DNA of 64,000 nt from Candidatus Poribacteria bacterium (GTDB lineage Bacteria; Poribacteria; WGA-4E; PCPOR2b), in the NCBI GenBank assembly GCA_965218095.1, contig OZ244587.1:5600001-5664000 (forward strand). Direction: 5' to 3'. Positions 49,358 to 60,049 of this stretch are shown one piece after another (position 1 is the stretch's first letter; the number at the start of each line of letters is the position of its first letter). The notes beneath the pieces are model-generated. The model did not search any database and had not been told where the DNA came from. It saw only the letters and a program-made list of their open reading frames with translations. Made by a program: the position numbers and the translations under genes.

Positions 49358-50571
49358 TCTAACTCACCCCCGTAAATGGAGGATTAAATATGTCAACAAA
49401 GCGGATTCAGCATACTGCCAAATTCAAGTTTCAAATTGCACTTAAAGCCATCAAGTCAGACAAGAGTATCAACCAACTGGCAAGCGACCACCAGTTGCAC
49501 CCAAGCCAAATCAGCCAGTGGAAGAAACAGTTGCTTGAACATGGGAGCGATATTTGCGCTTCCAGTCTGAGTAAGCAACAACGCGAGCAAAATGACAGAG
49601 AGTCGAATCTGTATGAGCAAATGGGGCGGTTGAATATGGAACTCGACTGGTTGAAAAAAAAAGCTGCCTCAAGCCGCTGAACAGAGACGGGCGCTCGTTG
49701 AACCTGACCACCCCAAACTGAGTATGCGTCGTCAGTGTCAGTTGCTGGCGGTCTCTCGGTCAACGCTCTACTACCCACCCGCTGCAGAGTCGGAAGACAA
49801 TCTGCATCTGATGCGGCAAATAGATGAGCAGTATATGGAAACACCTTTCTATGGGAGTCGTCGAATGACATAGCATCTCAAGCGTCTTGGCTACCGTGTG
49901 AATCGCAAACGCATCAGGCGACTCATGCGTTTGATGGGCATAGAAGCAATTTATCCCAAACCCAAGCTCTCACCCATTAACAGCGAGCATCGGATTTATC
50001 CATACCTATTACGTGACTATGAGGTGACCGCTTCCAATCAAGTCTGGTCGGCTGACATTACATATATCCCGATGAATAAAGGGTTTATGTATTGGGTTGC
50101 GATACTCGACTGGTATAGTCGTTACGTCATCACTTGGGAGTTATCCAATAGTTTAGAGAGTCAGTTCTGTCTCGACGCCTTGCATCAAGCATTATGTGGG
50201 GCAACTCTTGCAATCTTCAATACCGACCAAGGTATCCAGTTTACCGCCAATGCTTTCACCGATACCATCGAAGCCGCTGGCATTGCTATGAGTATCGATA
50301 GCGCGGGTCGGGCCATTGACAACATTTACATCGAGCGGTTTTGGCGTTCGGTCAAGTATGAAGATGTTTACCAGAAACTGTACCCGACGGGACAAGCCCT
50401 TTTTGATGGATTAACTCATTATATGCGTTTCTATAATGAGAAGCGACCTCACCAGAGTCTCGATTATGCGACGCCGGCTGAGGTGTATCTCGGCTAAAGC
50501 AGTGTCGGTGACTCTCAATCATCTTACTTATTTATCCATTATTTTGGCATGGACAATGGGTCCACTTTACA
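49358..50571 (+). mobile_element. IS3-family element (orfA 49390-49680, orfB to 50497), inactivated
   Basis: OrfA HTH ends WLKKK at an A9G slippery site. OrfB has W.ADITYI, DWYSR, FNTDQG.QF and DN..IERFW motifs, and an in-frame TAG at 49871. The right end reads ...GGGTCCACTTTACA. Confidence 0.9.
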
Positions 50572-50710
50572 TAGTTGATTCTCCTATTAGAGTTTACGTG
50601 GTTTAAGAGCGTAGCATTCTATATAGAACGCTGCGTTTCTGTTGCCCCCTAAAAGGGGATTGGATTTGGAATATAAGCGAAATTCACCGTGCGACACATC
50701 TCGCGAAATA

Positions 50711-50898
50711 ACCCAAGTTGCGACCTATTCCAGAGAGACCGAGTTTTTGGTATACGTTTCCCAGATGCTGAGCAGATCGATTGCGTTTTCACCCAATTCG
50801 TGTCAATTCATCGTAAAAAACTCGGTTTCTGCCCTAGCAAGCGAGTCGCATGACGAGCGCGATAGTTTTCCTTGTCTTATCAAGGTGGCAACTCGGGT
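50711..50898. mobile_element. MITE of the ACCCAAGTTGC family
   Basis: ACCCAAGTTGCGACCT...AGGTGGCAACTCGGGT with an inner ACCGAGTTTTT/AAAAACTCGGT repeat, the same layout as 11523-11677. Confidence 0.75.
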
Positions 50899-51067
50899 TA
50901 TATTTAAACTGTGACAAGGATTTTGTCAACTTCTTTTTTTGCAAATAGAAATCGCGCGCCGACGTTGAGGAGCATACTCTTCCAAGCCGTGTGGGAGAAT
51001 CCCTTCTCAATTGGAAAGGTAGGAGGTGCAAATCGTGATAGACAAGGCACCCCACCTTTTTGCGCTA

Positions 51068-52300
51068 TCACTTCCAGCCTCGAACCATATAAGCCTGCAA
51101 GATACCGCTCTCGTCCGAATTGAAAAACCCCATGTTGCCATCTGGCGAGAGGAATGGGTGGATATGGCTACCTTTTTCCCAAGAAGAGCGTGGATTGAGC
51201 AAGAAGGTGATATTTCCCAGTGAACCCGTCTCATCAGCGGGCAACTCAGCCAGGTAGATTGCCCCGCCTTTGTCCCGGGGCCCCGCGTCCGTAATCAAAC
51301 ATCGTCCGGCGATGTCCGTGGCAAAATGATAGAAGTCGGGGTTTGGAAAGTGCCGCGACAGGTCGTTGCGCACGCCACCCGGCGTATTGATACCCAAATG
51401 CCCAACGTGAGGCAGCGCTTGTCCCTCAATGAGCTGACAACTCCTGGGTTCTCGAGTGGAAGTGCTGGTACAAGCCCTCGCGCTGCGACCAATCCAGCAT
51501 TGGTGCCCCTGGCAAAATTCAACCCCATCGCGTCCCCAAGGCAGGTCTCTAAGCTGCGTGCCATCGTCGCGGATGACGTGGATATCCGCACCAACTCCGC
51601 TGACCAGTCGGGTGACTTTTCCTGTCGCATCACAGGTATTCCTATGGTTCTCTTGGATCAGGATATCGTGTGCTTCCGCCGCGTCGAGGGAACGACTGTA
51701 CTGCGGGTGCATGTTGCACCACGTCTGTCCGTGGATGATGAGTTCGACGGTTGCTTCCTCCAGATCGAACACTATCAATCCCCAAGGGGCGCCTTCCGCT
51801 TTGCCATCGCCGAGAAAGGCAGAAATCGCCAGCCGCCTACCATCAGAGGAGATAGTGGACAGTGGATAAGGACGGCTTGGACGAAAATTCGTGCCGGGAA
51901 GCGGCGCGTCAACGGTCAGTACTGTATCCCTGCCGGAGCCATCCATACCGACTCGCTTGAGGGTCAATCTCCCGCCGCCGGGTCTAGTCTCATCGATAAA
52001 ATAGTAGAGGGTCGTTCCATCGGGCGAGACAGAGGGGGCAGTCGCGCCGATCTCTTCAGTAATTGGGATAAGTTCACAGTTATTCTCCAGGTCACAGATT
52101 AGATACCTGTGTTCCAGGTCACGCGGGTCCGACCCGTGTGGATGGGCGGAGCGATGCAGGATAAACCGCTTAGAATCCGGCGTGAAGATCTGTGCCTCCA
52201 TGTAGATATGTGAACATGGCACATCAACTTCGGTCGTTAATTGGATAACTTCCAACCTGTCAGGGCTGGTTTCATTTAACATATCGGGACGTTCTTTCAT
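51068..52300 (-). CDS. Oligogalacturonate lyase-like beta-propeller protein
   Basis: V.QLT..., HIY.E...FTPD and C-terminal H.HP.LSPDG..GFFNSD.SG..Q.Y motifs. Confidence 0.75.
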   Translation of the reverse strand: MKERPDMLNETSPDRLEVIQLTTEVDVPCSHIYMEAQIFTPDSKRFILHRSAHPHGSDPRDLEHRYLICDLENNCELIPITEEIGATAPSVSPDGTTLYYFIDETRPGGGRLTLKRVGMDGSGRDTVLTVDAPLPGTNFRPSRPYPLSTISSDGRRLAISAFLGDGKAEGAPWGLIVFDLEEATVELIIHGQTWCNMHPQYSRSLDAAEAHDILIQENHRNTCDATGKVTRLVSGVGADIHVIRDDGTQLRDLPWGRDGVEFCQGHQCWIGRSARACTSTSTREPRSCQLIEGQALPHVGHLGINTPGGVRNDLSRHFPNPDFYHFATDIAGRCLITDAGPRDKGGAIYLAELPADETGSLGNITFLLNPRSSWEKGSHIHPFLSPDGNMGFFNSDESGILQAYMVRGWK

Positions 52301-52318
52301 TGTCTCTCCATATGCTCC

Positions 52319-53125
52319 TTACCACGCAGTCCACCCACCATCAACTAGCAGATTCTGACCGGTAATATAACTGCCAGCGTCACTCGCCAGTAACACGACA
52401 GCACCTTTCAACTCCTCGGGTCTGCCCATACGACCGAGCGGTACCTTCTCCTTCAGGAGAGGGATGAAGCCTTCAACACGGTCGCGGACCTCCGGCTTTG
52501 GGAATGGACCGGGCGCGATGGCGTTGACCCGGATATTATACTTCGCCCAGTAAGCCGCGAGATATCGGGTCAAATGTACCACACCGCCCTTCAGTGCGTG
52601 GTAATTCGGGGAGCTGTTGACCGGCAGCCCTTCGTAGACGCTCGGATAACTCGCCACGACCCCGTACATACTGGCGATGTTGATAATTGAGCCGGGGGCC
52701 TGGCGCTCGCGCAAATGGAGCATCACATCTCGTGCCAGCAGGAAATAGGCGGTCACTCCCACATGATAAGCCTGATCGAAGTCTTCAGCCGTAGCGGTGT
52801 CAATGTCCGGGGCGGCGCCTCCGTAGGCGTTATTGACCAAAACATCGATTTGTCCCATTCGTTCGACCACCTCGGCGACGAAGCCGGGGCTGGTGTCGGT
52901 CTCGCCCGGACTGAAACCCAAACCAAGATGTCCGCTGCCGCCGGGCAGCGTGGCAGCGAACTGGGCCGCCTGTTCAGCATCGCGGCTAGTGACCACGACC
53001 CGAGCGTCGGCTTCGGCAAGGGCGCGGCTCATAGCTGAACCCAGCCAGCCGCAAGCCCCGGTCACAATAGCAACTTTGCCCTGCAAGCTGAACAGATCCA
53101 GGACATTGCGTTCAGTGGAACTCAT
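52319..53125 (-). CDS. SDR-family oxidoreductase
   Basis: TGACGWLG, NNA, S.YG, YHALK and G..L.VDGGW motifs. Confidence 0.93.
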   Translation of the reverse strand: MSSTERNVLDLFSLQGKVAIVTGACGWLGSAMSRALAEADARVVVTSRDAEQAAQFAATLPGGSGHLGLGFSPGETDTSPGFVAEVVERMGQIDVLVNNAYGGAAPDIDTATAEDFDQAYHVGVTAYFLLARDVMLHLRERQAPGSIINIASMYGVVASYPSVYEGLPVNSSPNYHALKGGVVHLTRYLAAYWAKYNIRVNAIAPGPFPKPEVRDRVEGFIPLLKEKVPLGRMGRPEELKGAVVLLASDAGSYITGQNLLVDGGWTAW

Positions 53126-53169
53126 GATATTCCTCCGTTTCAATGAAAAATCCCCAGGTTAATCCTTGA

Positions 53170-53295
53170 ACAATGTTGTCACTACCGTCACTTCTTCAGT
53201 CCGGAATCCTTTCTGTTGAATTTGGAAACGGACTTCTCGCAAGACTAGTTGCTCGGGAATCGCGTCAAAGTATGCTTTTGTGATTCCGATCGACA
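53170..53295 (-). pseudogene. Probable IS4-family transposase fragment
   Basis: Translates AIPEQLVLREVRFQIQQKGFRTEEVTVVTTL. Confidence 0.5.
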
Positions 53296-53599
53296 ATCAC
53301 CTGGAATAAGCAGAATATCTCAAGACGAACCGCATAGAGGTCTTGGCTCAGTGCATCAGCACCCTACGTTATTGCGCCTGTAAAAGTTATCGTCTTGTAT
53401 ATTGTACACACAGGTTACATCATATTTACTTTCGGTGTCCTGCTGACGTTTCCTTATCCTGTTTTCGCGCCTATCCAAAAACGTCCAGCGCCGGTGCAGG
53501 ATGACCGCGCCATCGTAAGACAGCCCATGCATAGGCTTTATGTAGCATCAGGCGGTCGGCAGCCAGACGCAAATCCTAAGTTCATGTTGCTCTTCTGGC

Positions 53600-53858
53600 A
53601 GAAGCGAAGCGTCACGTTTTTTTCAAGCAATGTGAGAAGACGTTGTTGTTGAGCGGGGGACATCTGGCTGTGAGCAATTCGGAGTAATTCGTCAACAGGA
53701 AGCCTCTGCATTGCAAACAACTTGGCGTGCATCTCGTTCGGGGCGTTGATGCTTTGTGCCGCAAGCTGTTCAGGAGATTACTGAGTCAACTCTGCGATGT
53801 GTGCTAACAACCGGTACACCTGTTCAGGAAGCTCGATTGTGAGTCTTTGTGTAGCCAT
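53600..53858 (-). pseudogene. Antitoxin-like small protein remnant
   Basis: MATQRLTIELPEQVYRLL...* and DELLRIA.SQM...QQQRL..LLEKN; internal stop. Confidence 0.5.
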
Positions 53859-53909
53859 TTGATTGAAACACCAAATTAGAGAATTAAACCGGTTAAAGTA
53901 AAGCCCCTT

Positions 53910-54050
53910 CAGTAGCTAACACCTTTTAATTTCTCGCACATTTCTCCATCTGCACTGGATGTCGAGGCTTCAGCCGGGGCTTTCAAACTGGCGCTCCGGC
54001 TGAAGCCTCAACATCCTGAAATCCGCCAATTCAAAAAACGTTAGCGACTG
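53910..54050. mobile_element. 141-bp MITE with 14-bp target-site duplication
   Basis: TIRs CAGTAGCTAAC and GTTAGCGACTG; AAGTAAAGCCCCTT at 53896-53909 and 54051-54064; internal palindrome GATGTCGAGGCTTCAGCCGG...CCGGCTGAAGCCTCAACATC. Confidence 0.85.
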
Positions 54051-54124
54051 AAGTAAAGCCCCTTTATCTTACCATATACGTTGGCAATAAGCAACTCACT
54101 TATCGGGCAACACAGCCACTGCTA

Positions 54125-54300
54125 GTTACCAAATATTTGACAACGCTTCAGCCGCCTTGTGACGAATCTCCCTCGATTTATCCTTCAACGCCTCTTGCAA
54201 CGCAGGCGCCGCGGCTTGTGAGGACTCACCCATATCTCCTAGCACATCAGTTACCTCAATGCCAACCTCCACTGATTCATTGTCCAATGCCTTTGTCAAG
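54125..54300 (-). pseudogene. HEAT-repeat protein fragment
   Basis: LTKALDNES.EV and PALQEALKDKSREIRHKAAEALSNIW*. Confidence 0.55.
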
Positions 54301-54386
54301 TTAAAAGATTAAAATATTACGATTGTTTTTCGATCAAAGTTATGCTATAGTAAAAACAGACACTCACCTGGAAAAACGAGGTATTT

Positions 54387-54653
54387 ATGAATAATCAAAG
54401 CACTGTTACACAACGTCCCAATCTGTTGTATATCCATTCCGATCAGCACAGTCCCGCTGTTACCGGCTGTTACGGCGACCCACTGGTGCAGACGCCAAAC
54501 CTGGATCGGCTTGCGGAGCAGGGGGTTGTGTTTGAGAATGTCTACTGTCTTTCCCCAATCTGTGTTCCTTCGCAGATGTCAATGTTGACCGGACAATACC
54601 CTTACGAGAACAAGGTCTGGACAAACGACCATATCCTCGATTTGAGGCGGTAA
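54387..54653 (+). pseudogene. Sulfatase N-terminal fragment
   Basis: PNLLYI.SDQH, TPNLDRLA..GV.F and CVPSQ..MLTG (CxPxR with R replaced by Q); truncated at 88 aa. Confidence 0.85.
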
Positions 54654-55045
54654 TTTTATCGAAGCTCAGAAAAGTATACAAGGAGATGTTTTCAAACGCC
54701 TCCTTGGGACCACAAGAGAAAACCTTGTTCGGTTGGTGCTTAAACACCGTTAAAAACAAGTGACTGCTATCGTTGGGAATCAATATCGTCGAAGCTATTG
54801 GAAGGCGGCAAGTTTGATAACCGCCTGCGCGGAGGTGCTGCGTCTTCGAGGGAAGGAAGGGGAAGTACAATCCCTGATCAGTGAGATTCGGAATCAATTT
54901 CCGCGTCACCGCTTCGTTTCAGGCAGAACTGAAAGAGCAAGCGGAAGGTAACCTGAGAGTGTCTCTGAGAAGCGCCAAATCAACCCGAATTCAGACTAAA
55001 ACTTTTCAAGGTTGAAGATTGGAAATTTATTGGAATTGGAGTTAA

Positions 55046-55894
55046 ATGATGCTACAACAAGACCCATGGATTCCTATTGAACCGGATTGGGAAACGATTC
55101 TGGAAAAGTACCCCAATCCAATCCAGGCGCTCGCGGAGATGCGCACCCCTGCGCCGATTATCCGCCAAGCGTACAACCCAGATCACTGTGCGGGACTCAT
55201 CCAAAAGTTCATCGACAAAGATCTGATGTACGATCAGGACGCGCTTTACGCCGACCCCTCTATTGTTCCCCCGGAACGTATCGATATCGGCACAAGCCTT
55301 GCCAATCGTGGGAACTCTCCAGAGGATTTCTTTGCGCACGGCCAGGAAACCCATGACCTCTTCAAGACACTGTTCGATGGCTTCGATAATCCGGTTTCAA
55401 CCCTGTACGAGAATCTCGCCCGCCTTGCGCCCGGCAAGCGTGTAGTGACAGCGTATGAACCTGATGGTCGGCTGTATGGTCCCGCGATTTTCCGCATCCA
55501 CTACGGCGGCACCGCTTACCAGCCCCATTTCGATTCAGTCCGGTGGCGTGAGAATCGCGTCGATTATGCGGTCTATCGTTTCGAGCATCAGTTGGCTGGG
55601 CTGATCTGCTTTCAGAATTCCGAAATTAAAGGCGAAACTGCGCAAGCGATTCTGCATCGTTGTTTGTGGATGCCAGACATCAATGACCACATCCAGCAGG
55701 GGACCTTCCATCAGTATGCAGCGCAAAATAAGGTTGAAAACGTCCAGGTCGATTTAGAGGTCGGCGACCTCTACTTTTTCAACACCCGATGCATCCATGA
55801 AGTCCCCGGCGTCAAAGGTAAAGCGCCACGCGTTGTCCTTGCCATCTTCATCGGATATTCTCCGGATGATGAGGAAGTTTTCGTCTGGTCGTGA
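55046..55894 (+). CDS. Putative Fe(II)/2-oxoglutarate-dependent oxygenase
   Basis: PHFD (HxD) and GDLYFFN...IHEV...R motifs. Confidence 0.7.
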   Translation: MMLQQDPWIPIEPDWETILEKYPNPIQALAEMRTPAPIIRQAYNPDHCAGLIQKFIDKDLMYDQDALYADPSIVPPERIDIGTSLANRGNSPEDFFAHGQETHDLFKTLFDGFDNPVSTLYENLARLAPGKRVVTAYEPDGRLYGPAIFRIHYGGTAYQPHFDSVRWRENRVDYAVYRFEHQLAGLICFQNSEIKGETAQAILHRCLWMPDINDHIQQGTFHQYAAQNKVENVQVDLEVGDLYFFNTRCIHEVPGVKGKAPRVVLAIFIGYSPDDEEVFVWS

Positions 55895-56087
55895 AAATGC
55901 CTTGCGCCAGCAATTCCCGATTGGTGAGAATGCTCGCGTCGTGAAACCGATAGTCCTTAGATTTGAGTCGGTAGTAGTATCGCAGCCGTCCTTCTTCTAC
56001 CTCGCATCTGAGGTCATCGGGAGAGATCTTTAACATCTTCGCTGCTTCATTGAGGTTATACTCAATGGTGCAGCCACGTATTCGCAT
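55848..56087 (-). CDS. Small helix-turn-helix (excisionase-like) protein
   Basis: Y.L.EAAKML.IS...L...V.EG.L and YRF motifs; RBS GGAAGG. Confidence 0.5.
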   Translation of the reverse strand: MRIRGCTIEYNLNEAAKMLKISPDDLRCEVEEGRLRYYYRLKSKDYRFHDASILTNRELLAQGIFTTRRKLPHHPENIR

Positions 56088-56229
56088 TGGTTTTCCTTCC
56101 TTGCGTCTCTCCTTGTCAGGAGAACCAACGCTGAAAATTTCGAGAAAGTTGCGAGATTTATACCAGCGAACGGCGCAGGGGCTCATATCACGCAACTCTA
56201 TCACTCAACAATCTACCAGGAGAGAAACA

Positions 56230-57240
56230 ATGCAACTCAAATTTGCTTATCTAGGCGCATGGCACAGCCACGCCAGCATGCACACCCGTGAGGCAACAGA
56301 GCGTCCGGAGGAATTTCAACCTATTGGATTCTACGACCCAGATCCGGCGGTCGTTGCGAGAAGAGAGCAGGAGTGGTCTGAATCCTTTCCTGACCTCACC
56401 GTTTTTCCATCAGTCGAAGCGGTATTGGACAGCGACGCTCAAGCGGTCATCGTCGAAGGGCATGTTTACCAGAATTTGGACTACGCAGAGCAGGCGCTTG
56501 AAGCGGGTAAACATGTGTTGCTCGAAAAACCGGCAGGCGTCGATCTGGAACAATTGAAGCGGATCCACAAACTCTCGGAGCGCAAGGGACTGAGCCTTCA
56601 GATGGCGTATATGTGGCGGTACAATCCCACTATCCACGAGATCCTCCGGCTGGCTAAATCGGGGGCGTTGGGTAATATTTTCTACTATCGTGGGCACATT
56701 CCCAAGCCCATATTGTGGCATCCGCAGTTAGAGAAAGAGTTCAAGGTTTATCACGGCGGGATCTACTTCGAGATGGCTGGCCACCTGATTGATCTGATGG
56801 TCATCATGATGGGCGAGCCGAAGGCGGTGCAGCCCTCCTTGGGACGACACTACGACAACCGATCCGAGGTGGATAACGCAGTCGTCGTCCATGAATTTGA
56901 AAGTGGGCTCGGCACAATTGACACGGCAGGCATGCACGTTGAGAGCGGCAAAACCCGCCGCATTGAAGTGTACGGCACGAAGGGTACGGCCATCCATACG
57001 CCCATCGGCTCGGATAACCTCAGCCTGAGTTTAGAAGCGGATGTCGAAGGCTACACAGCGGGTTCGCAAGATGTGACCATTACTCGGTCGTCAGCCTCTA
57101 GATCGCTGTTGCGAGAGCTCGCCGCCTGTATTCGAGGAGAAAAACAGCCAGATTACACGCTAGCGCATGATAGGGCTGTACAGCGGACACTATTTGCCGG
57201 TTGTGGCATAACAGACGGAGATGCGCTTAGGTCTACGTGA
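56230..57240 (+). CDS. Gfo/Idh/MocA-family oxidoreductase
   Basis: ALEAGKHVLLEKP, RYNP and GG...E..GH.ID motifs; RBS AGGAGA precedes ATG 56230. Confidence 0.9.
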   Translation: MQLKFAYLGAWHSHASMHTREATERPEEFQPIGFYDPDPAVVARREQEWSESFPDLTVFPSVEAVLDSDAQAVIVEGHVYQNLDYAEQALEAGKHVLLEKPAGVDLEQLKRIHKLSERKGLSLQMAYMWRYNPTIHEILRLAKSGALGNIFYYRGHIPKPILWHPQLEKEFKVYHGGIYFEMAGHLIDLMVIMMGEPKAVQPSLGRHYDNRSEVDNAVVVHEFESGLGTIDTAGMHVESGKTRRIEVYGTKGTAIHTPIGSDNLSLSLEADVEGYTAGSQDVTITRSSASRSLLRELAACIRGEKQPDYTLAHDRAVQRTLFAGCGITDGDALRST

Positions 57241-57321
57241 GGCTAAAAATGGGGTCGTTTGATTTAGCACCGAGCGATTTTAATGATCTGGCGAGTCAGT
57301 CAGGAGCTTAGGGGTATAAAA

Positions 57322-57375
57322 ATGTTCGTTGGCGTGGATGGGTGTAAAGCTAGCTGGTTCGCTGCGGGCTGCTAG
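57322..57375 (+). repeat. Diverged relic of the DUF429 gene start
   Basis: MFVGVDGCKASWFAAGC*, versus MFIGVDGCKAGWFAVGL at 57407. Confidence 0.8.
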
Positions 57376-57403
57376 CCCGTTCATCAAACGTGAATGGTTT
57401 TGA

Positions 57404-58123
57404 ATGATGTTCATTGGTGTAGATGGCTGCAAGGCGGGGTGGTTTGCTGTTGGACTGACAGGCGACAATCGCTGGCGGGTTGATGTTTTTCCGGATATGT
57501 CTAGCCTTTGGGCTCGGTACAGTCAGGCGTCGGTGATACTGGTTGATATCCCTATTGGCCTGAGAGAAGATGGTACGGGTGAACGCCGCTGCGACCCTGA
57601 AGCCCGGAAGTTGCTCGGTCCAAGGCGTTCGAGTGTGTTTCCCGCGCCGTGCCGGGGGGCGATCTATGCGCAGTCATATCAGGAAGCCTGCGATGTCAAT
57701 CAACGACTGATAGGCAAACGATTGTCTGTTGAAAACTGGAATATTATCCCCAAAATTCGTGAGGTCAATTGCTTACTTTCGGGCGACGCCTCCGCGAGAG
57801 ATCGCATCAGAGAAACCCATCCGGAACTCTGTTTTTGGGGATTGGCGGGTCGTCCGATGCAACACGCCAAAAAGCGGAGTGAAGGATTGTCGGAACGGAC
57901 ACAGCTCCTCCAGTCAATTTATCCACAGACTGCCGATATTATCGCCCATGTGCTATCCACCTATAGGCGCAAAGATGTAGCAAGGGACGACATTCTCGAT
58001 GCACTATCCGCCGCAGTGACAGCCATGATAGGGGGACAAAATCTTGCATCCATTCCACAAGAACCGGAGTTTGATAATCGGGGATTGCGTATGGAAATGG
58101 TATACTATAATTATACAGCGTAA
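57404..58123 (+). CDS. DUF429 (RNase H-like predicted nuclease)
   Basis: GVDGC..GW, VDIPIGL, R.SSVF.AP, E.HPE and DD.LDA motifs. Confidence 0.88.
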   Translation: MMFIGVDGCKAGWFAVGLTGDNRWRVDVFPDMSSLWARYSQASVILVDIPIGLREDGTGERRCDPEARKLLGPRRSSVFPAPCRGAIYAQSYQEACDVNQRLIGKRLSVENWNIIPKIREVNCLLSGDASARDRIRETHPELCFWGLAGRPMQHAKKRSEGLSERTQLLQSIYPQTADIIAHVLSTYRRKDVARDDILDALSAAVTAMIGGQNLASIPQEPEFDNRGLRMEMVYYNYTA

Positions 58124-58223
58124 ACCGATGAATTGAGACGTTGCGCAAGTCTGGTTGCCCTATCAGCAGAATAGGGCAGATTTATACGAAACCCTGTACG
58201 AACTTATGAAATGAACCACTCAG

Positions 58224-58439
58224 TTGCTAGCGTTTGAGATGCTGAATCCCTGGGATGTGAACCGCGATAACATGGTGGACATTTTTGATCTGGTGCTCGT
58301 TGCCGGAGAATTTGGCAAATCTCCGCCTGATCATCCGGCGGTAGATGTCACTGGTGATGAGGTCGTGAACATTTTCGATCTTGTCTTCGTTAGCGGACAC
58401 TTTGGTGAAAGCTACGGTGCAGTCGAATTAAAGAAATGA
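58224..58439 (+). pseudogene. Isolated dockerin-like domain (C-terminal fragment)
   Basis: Two copies of D(V)N.D..V.IFDLV.V...FG; no signal peptide. Confidence 0.7.
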
Positions 58440-58444
58440 ACCCC

Positions 58445-59368
58445 TTAATTTTCACCCTTTGAAGGTAAGTCAACCTTCGTATTCGACATCTGCTCCAACG
58501 CGAGCATCAAGGCGTGTATCCCCAAGCGTCCATGCCCCTGGGCTTGGACAGCAAGGTAAAGCTGATGCACGAGGGCGAGTCCAGGGAGACTGAGGTTCAT
58601 TTTCTTTGCCTCGTCCAGTGCGATCCCCATGTCTTTGATGTAATGTTCGGCAAAGAAGCCGGGATCGAAATTGCGCTCAAGGATGCGCGGCGCAACATTG
58701 TCGAGGGTCCAGCAACTCGCTGCGCCCTTGCTAATCGACGAGAGCATCGTTTCCACGTCTAGGCCGGCCTTGTAGCCGTAGATCAACGCCTCGCAGACGC
58801 CGATGATTGTTCCTGCAAAAGTAATCTGATTGCACATCTTGGTGTGCTGCCCTGCGCCCGCTCCACCTTGATGGACGATGTTTTGCCCCATTGCTTCAAA
58901 GAGAGGCATGACCACTTCAACAGCATCAGCATCGCCGCCCACCATAATAGACAGCCGTGCCTCTCGCGCTCCAATATCCCCGCCCGATACCGGGGCATCG
59001 ATCGCGGAGACGCCCCGCGCTTTGGCGTCCTCATAAATCTCCTGTGACAGCGATGGCTCGGTGGTTGTCATGTCAACAATAATGCCCCCCGACTTCGCAC
59101 CTTTTAAGATGCCATTTTCGCCGAGATATACCTCACGCACATCTGGCGGAAAACCGACGATGGTGAAGGTCACGTCCGATGCCTCAGCGACTTCACGGGG
59201 GGAATCTACCCAGGTTGCCCCGGCATCCAGTAGGTGCTGCGACTTCGCTTTTGTGCGATTGTAGACGGTCGCCGAATATCCGAGGTCCATGATGTGCTGG
59301 CACATCCAGCGTCCCATGACGCCGGTCCCAATCCAGCCGATTTTTGTCCTTGAAGGATTAACTTTCAT
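58445..59368 (-). CDS. NAD(P)-dependent beta-hydroxyacid dehydrogenase (3-hydroxyisobutyrate/tartronate semialdehyde reductase family)
   Basis: [28 protein letters not shown] and KDMGIAL motifs. Confidence 0.93.
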   Translation of the reverse strand: MKVNPSRTKIGWIGTGVMGRWMCQHIMDLGYSATVYNRTKAKSQHLLDAGATWVDSPREVAEASDVTFTIVGFPPDVREVYLGENGILKGAKSGGIIVDMTTTEPSLSQEIYEDAKARGVSAIDAPVSGGDIGAREARLSIMVGGDADAVEVVMPLFEAMGQNIVHQGGAGAGQHTKMCNQITFAGTIIGVCEALIYGYKAGLDVETMLSSISKGAASCWTLDNVAPRILERNFDPGFFAEHYIKDMGIALDEAKKMNLSLPGLALVHQLYLAVQAQGHGRLGIHALMLALEQMSNTKVDLPSKGEN

Positions 59369-59665
59369 CCGATTTTTGCCTCCTTAATTTGTATCCAACC
59401 TTCCGAAGGCCCTCAAAATATGGGTTAGATCAAGACTTTTCACATACTTTTTCGCAATAAGTCGTTACAGGCTTTTAATAAAGTGCAAGGACGCTAGGGT
59501 GCTAAGACGCAAAGAAAAGCAGAAACAACCCCTCCAACCTCCCCTGTGGTGCTACGCACCACACCCCTCTAACTCCCCCTTGTAAAGGGGGAGAACCTTC
59601 GTAAGGGGAGGCTTACAACTCTGTGTCTTTGCGACTTTGCGTTAAATGAAGCGAAAAGCCATTAT

Positions 59666-60049
59666 CTACTCATTGCGTACTTTTTTCGCCGTAACAGATT
59701 CAACGAGATCATAGAGTGGGACTTCAATTTTCCGGAACGGCGGGCGTTTTTGCTTGACAGCTTCTTCGATTTGACGCATTGTCTCAATCGAAAACCACAA
59801 CTCTCCGCAGTCTCTGCACTCTTGCGCCGAAACATTTTCTAAAAGGCCAATACTCACGAAAGCGGGAATGGAAATCCAGAATCCCCAGTGCCACGATGTG
59901 GGCGTTGACCAAATCAGATTGCAGATGGAACTAAATATCACCCCGAAGATTACATAGGCGCCAATGATTGGTACAAGCCGTTCTGCACTGAACAGCGGGG
60001 CGCCGTTTGCGAATAAGACAACGCCTACAATAAAGAGTGCTGGAAGCAC
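59666..60049 (-). pseudogene. Chimera of a membrane-protein fragment and a YgiT/MqsA-type zinc-finger C-terminal half
   Basis: Hydrophobic helices are followed by ENVSAQECRDCGE.WFS.ET...IE. Confidence 0.5.

Noticed and set aside
55848-56087. Prophage or ICE suggested by the excisionase-like HTH
   Set aside because: No integrase, phage or conjugation genes lie nearby.
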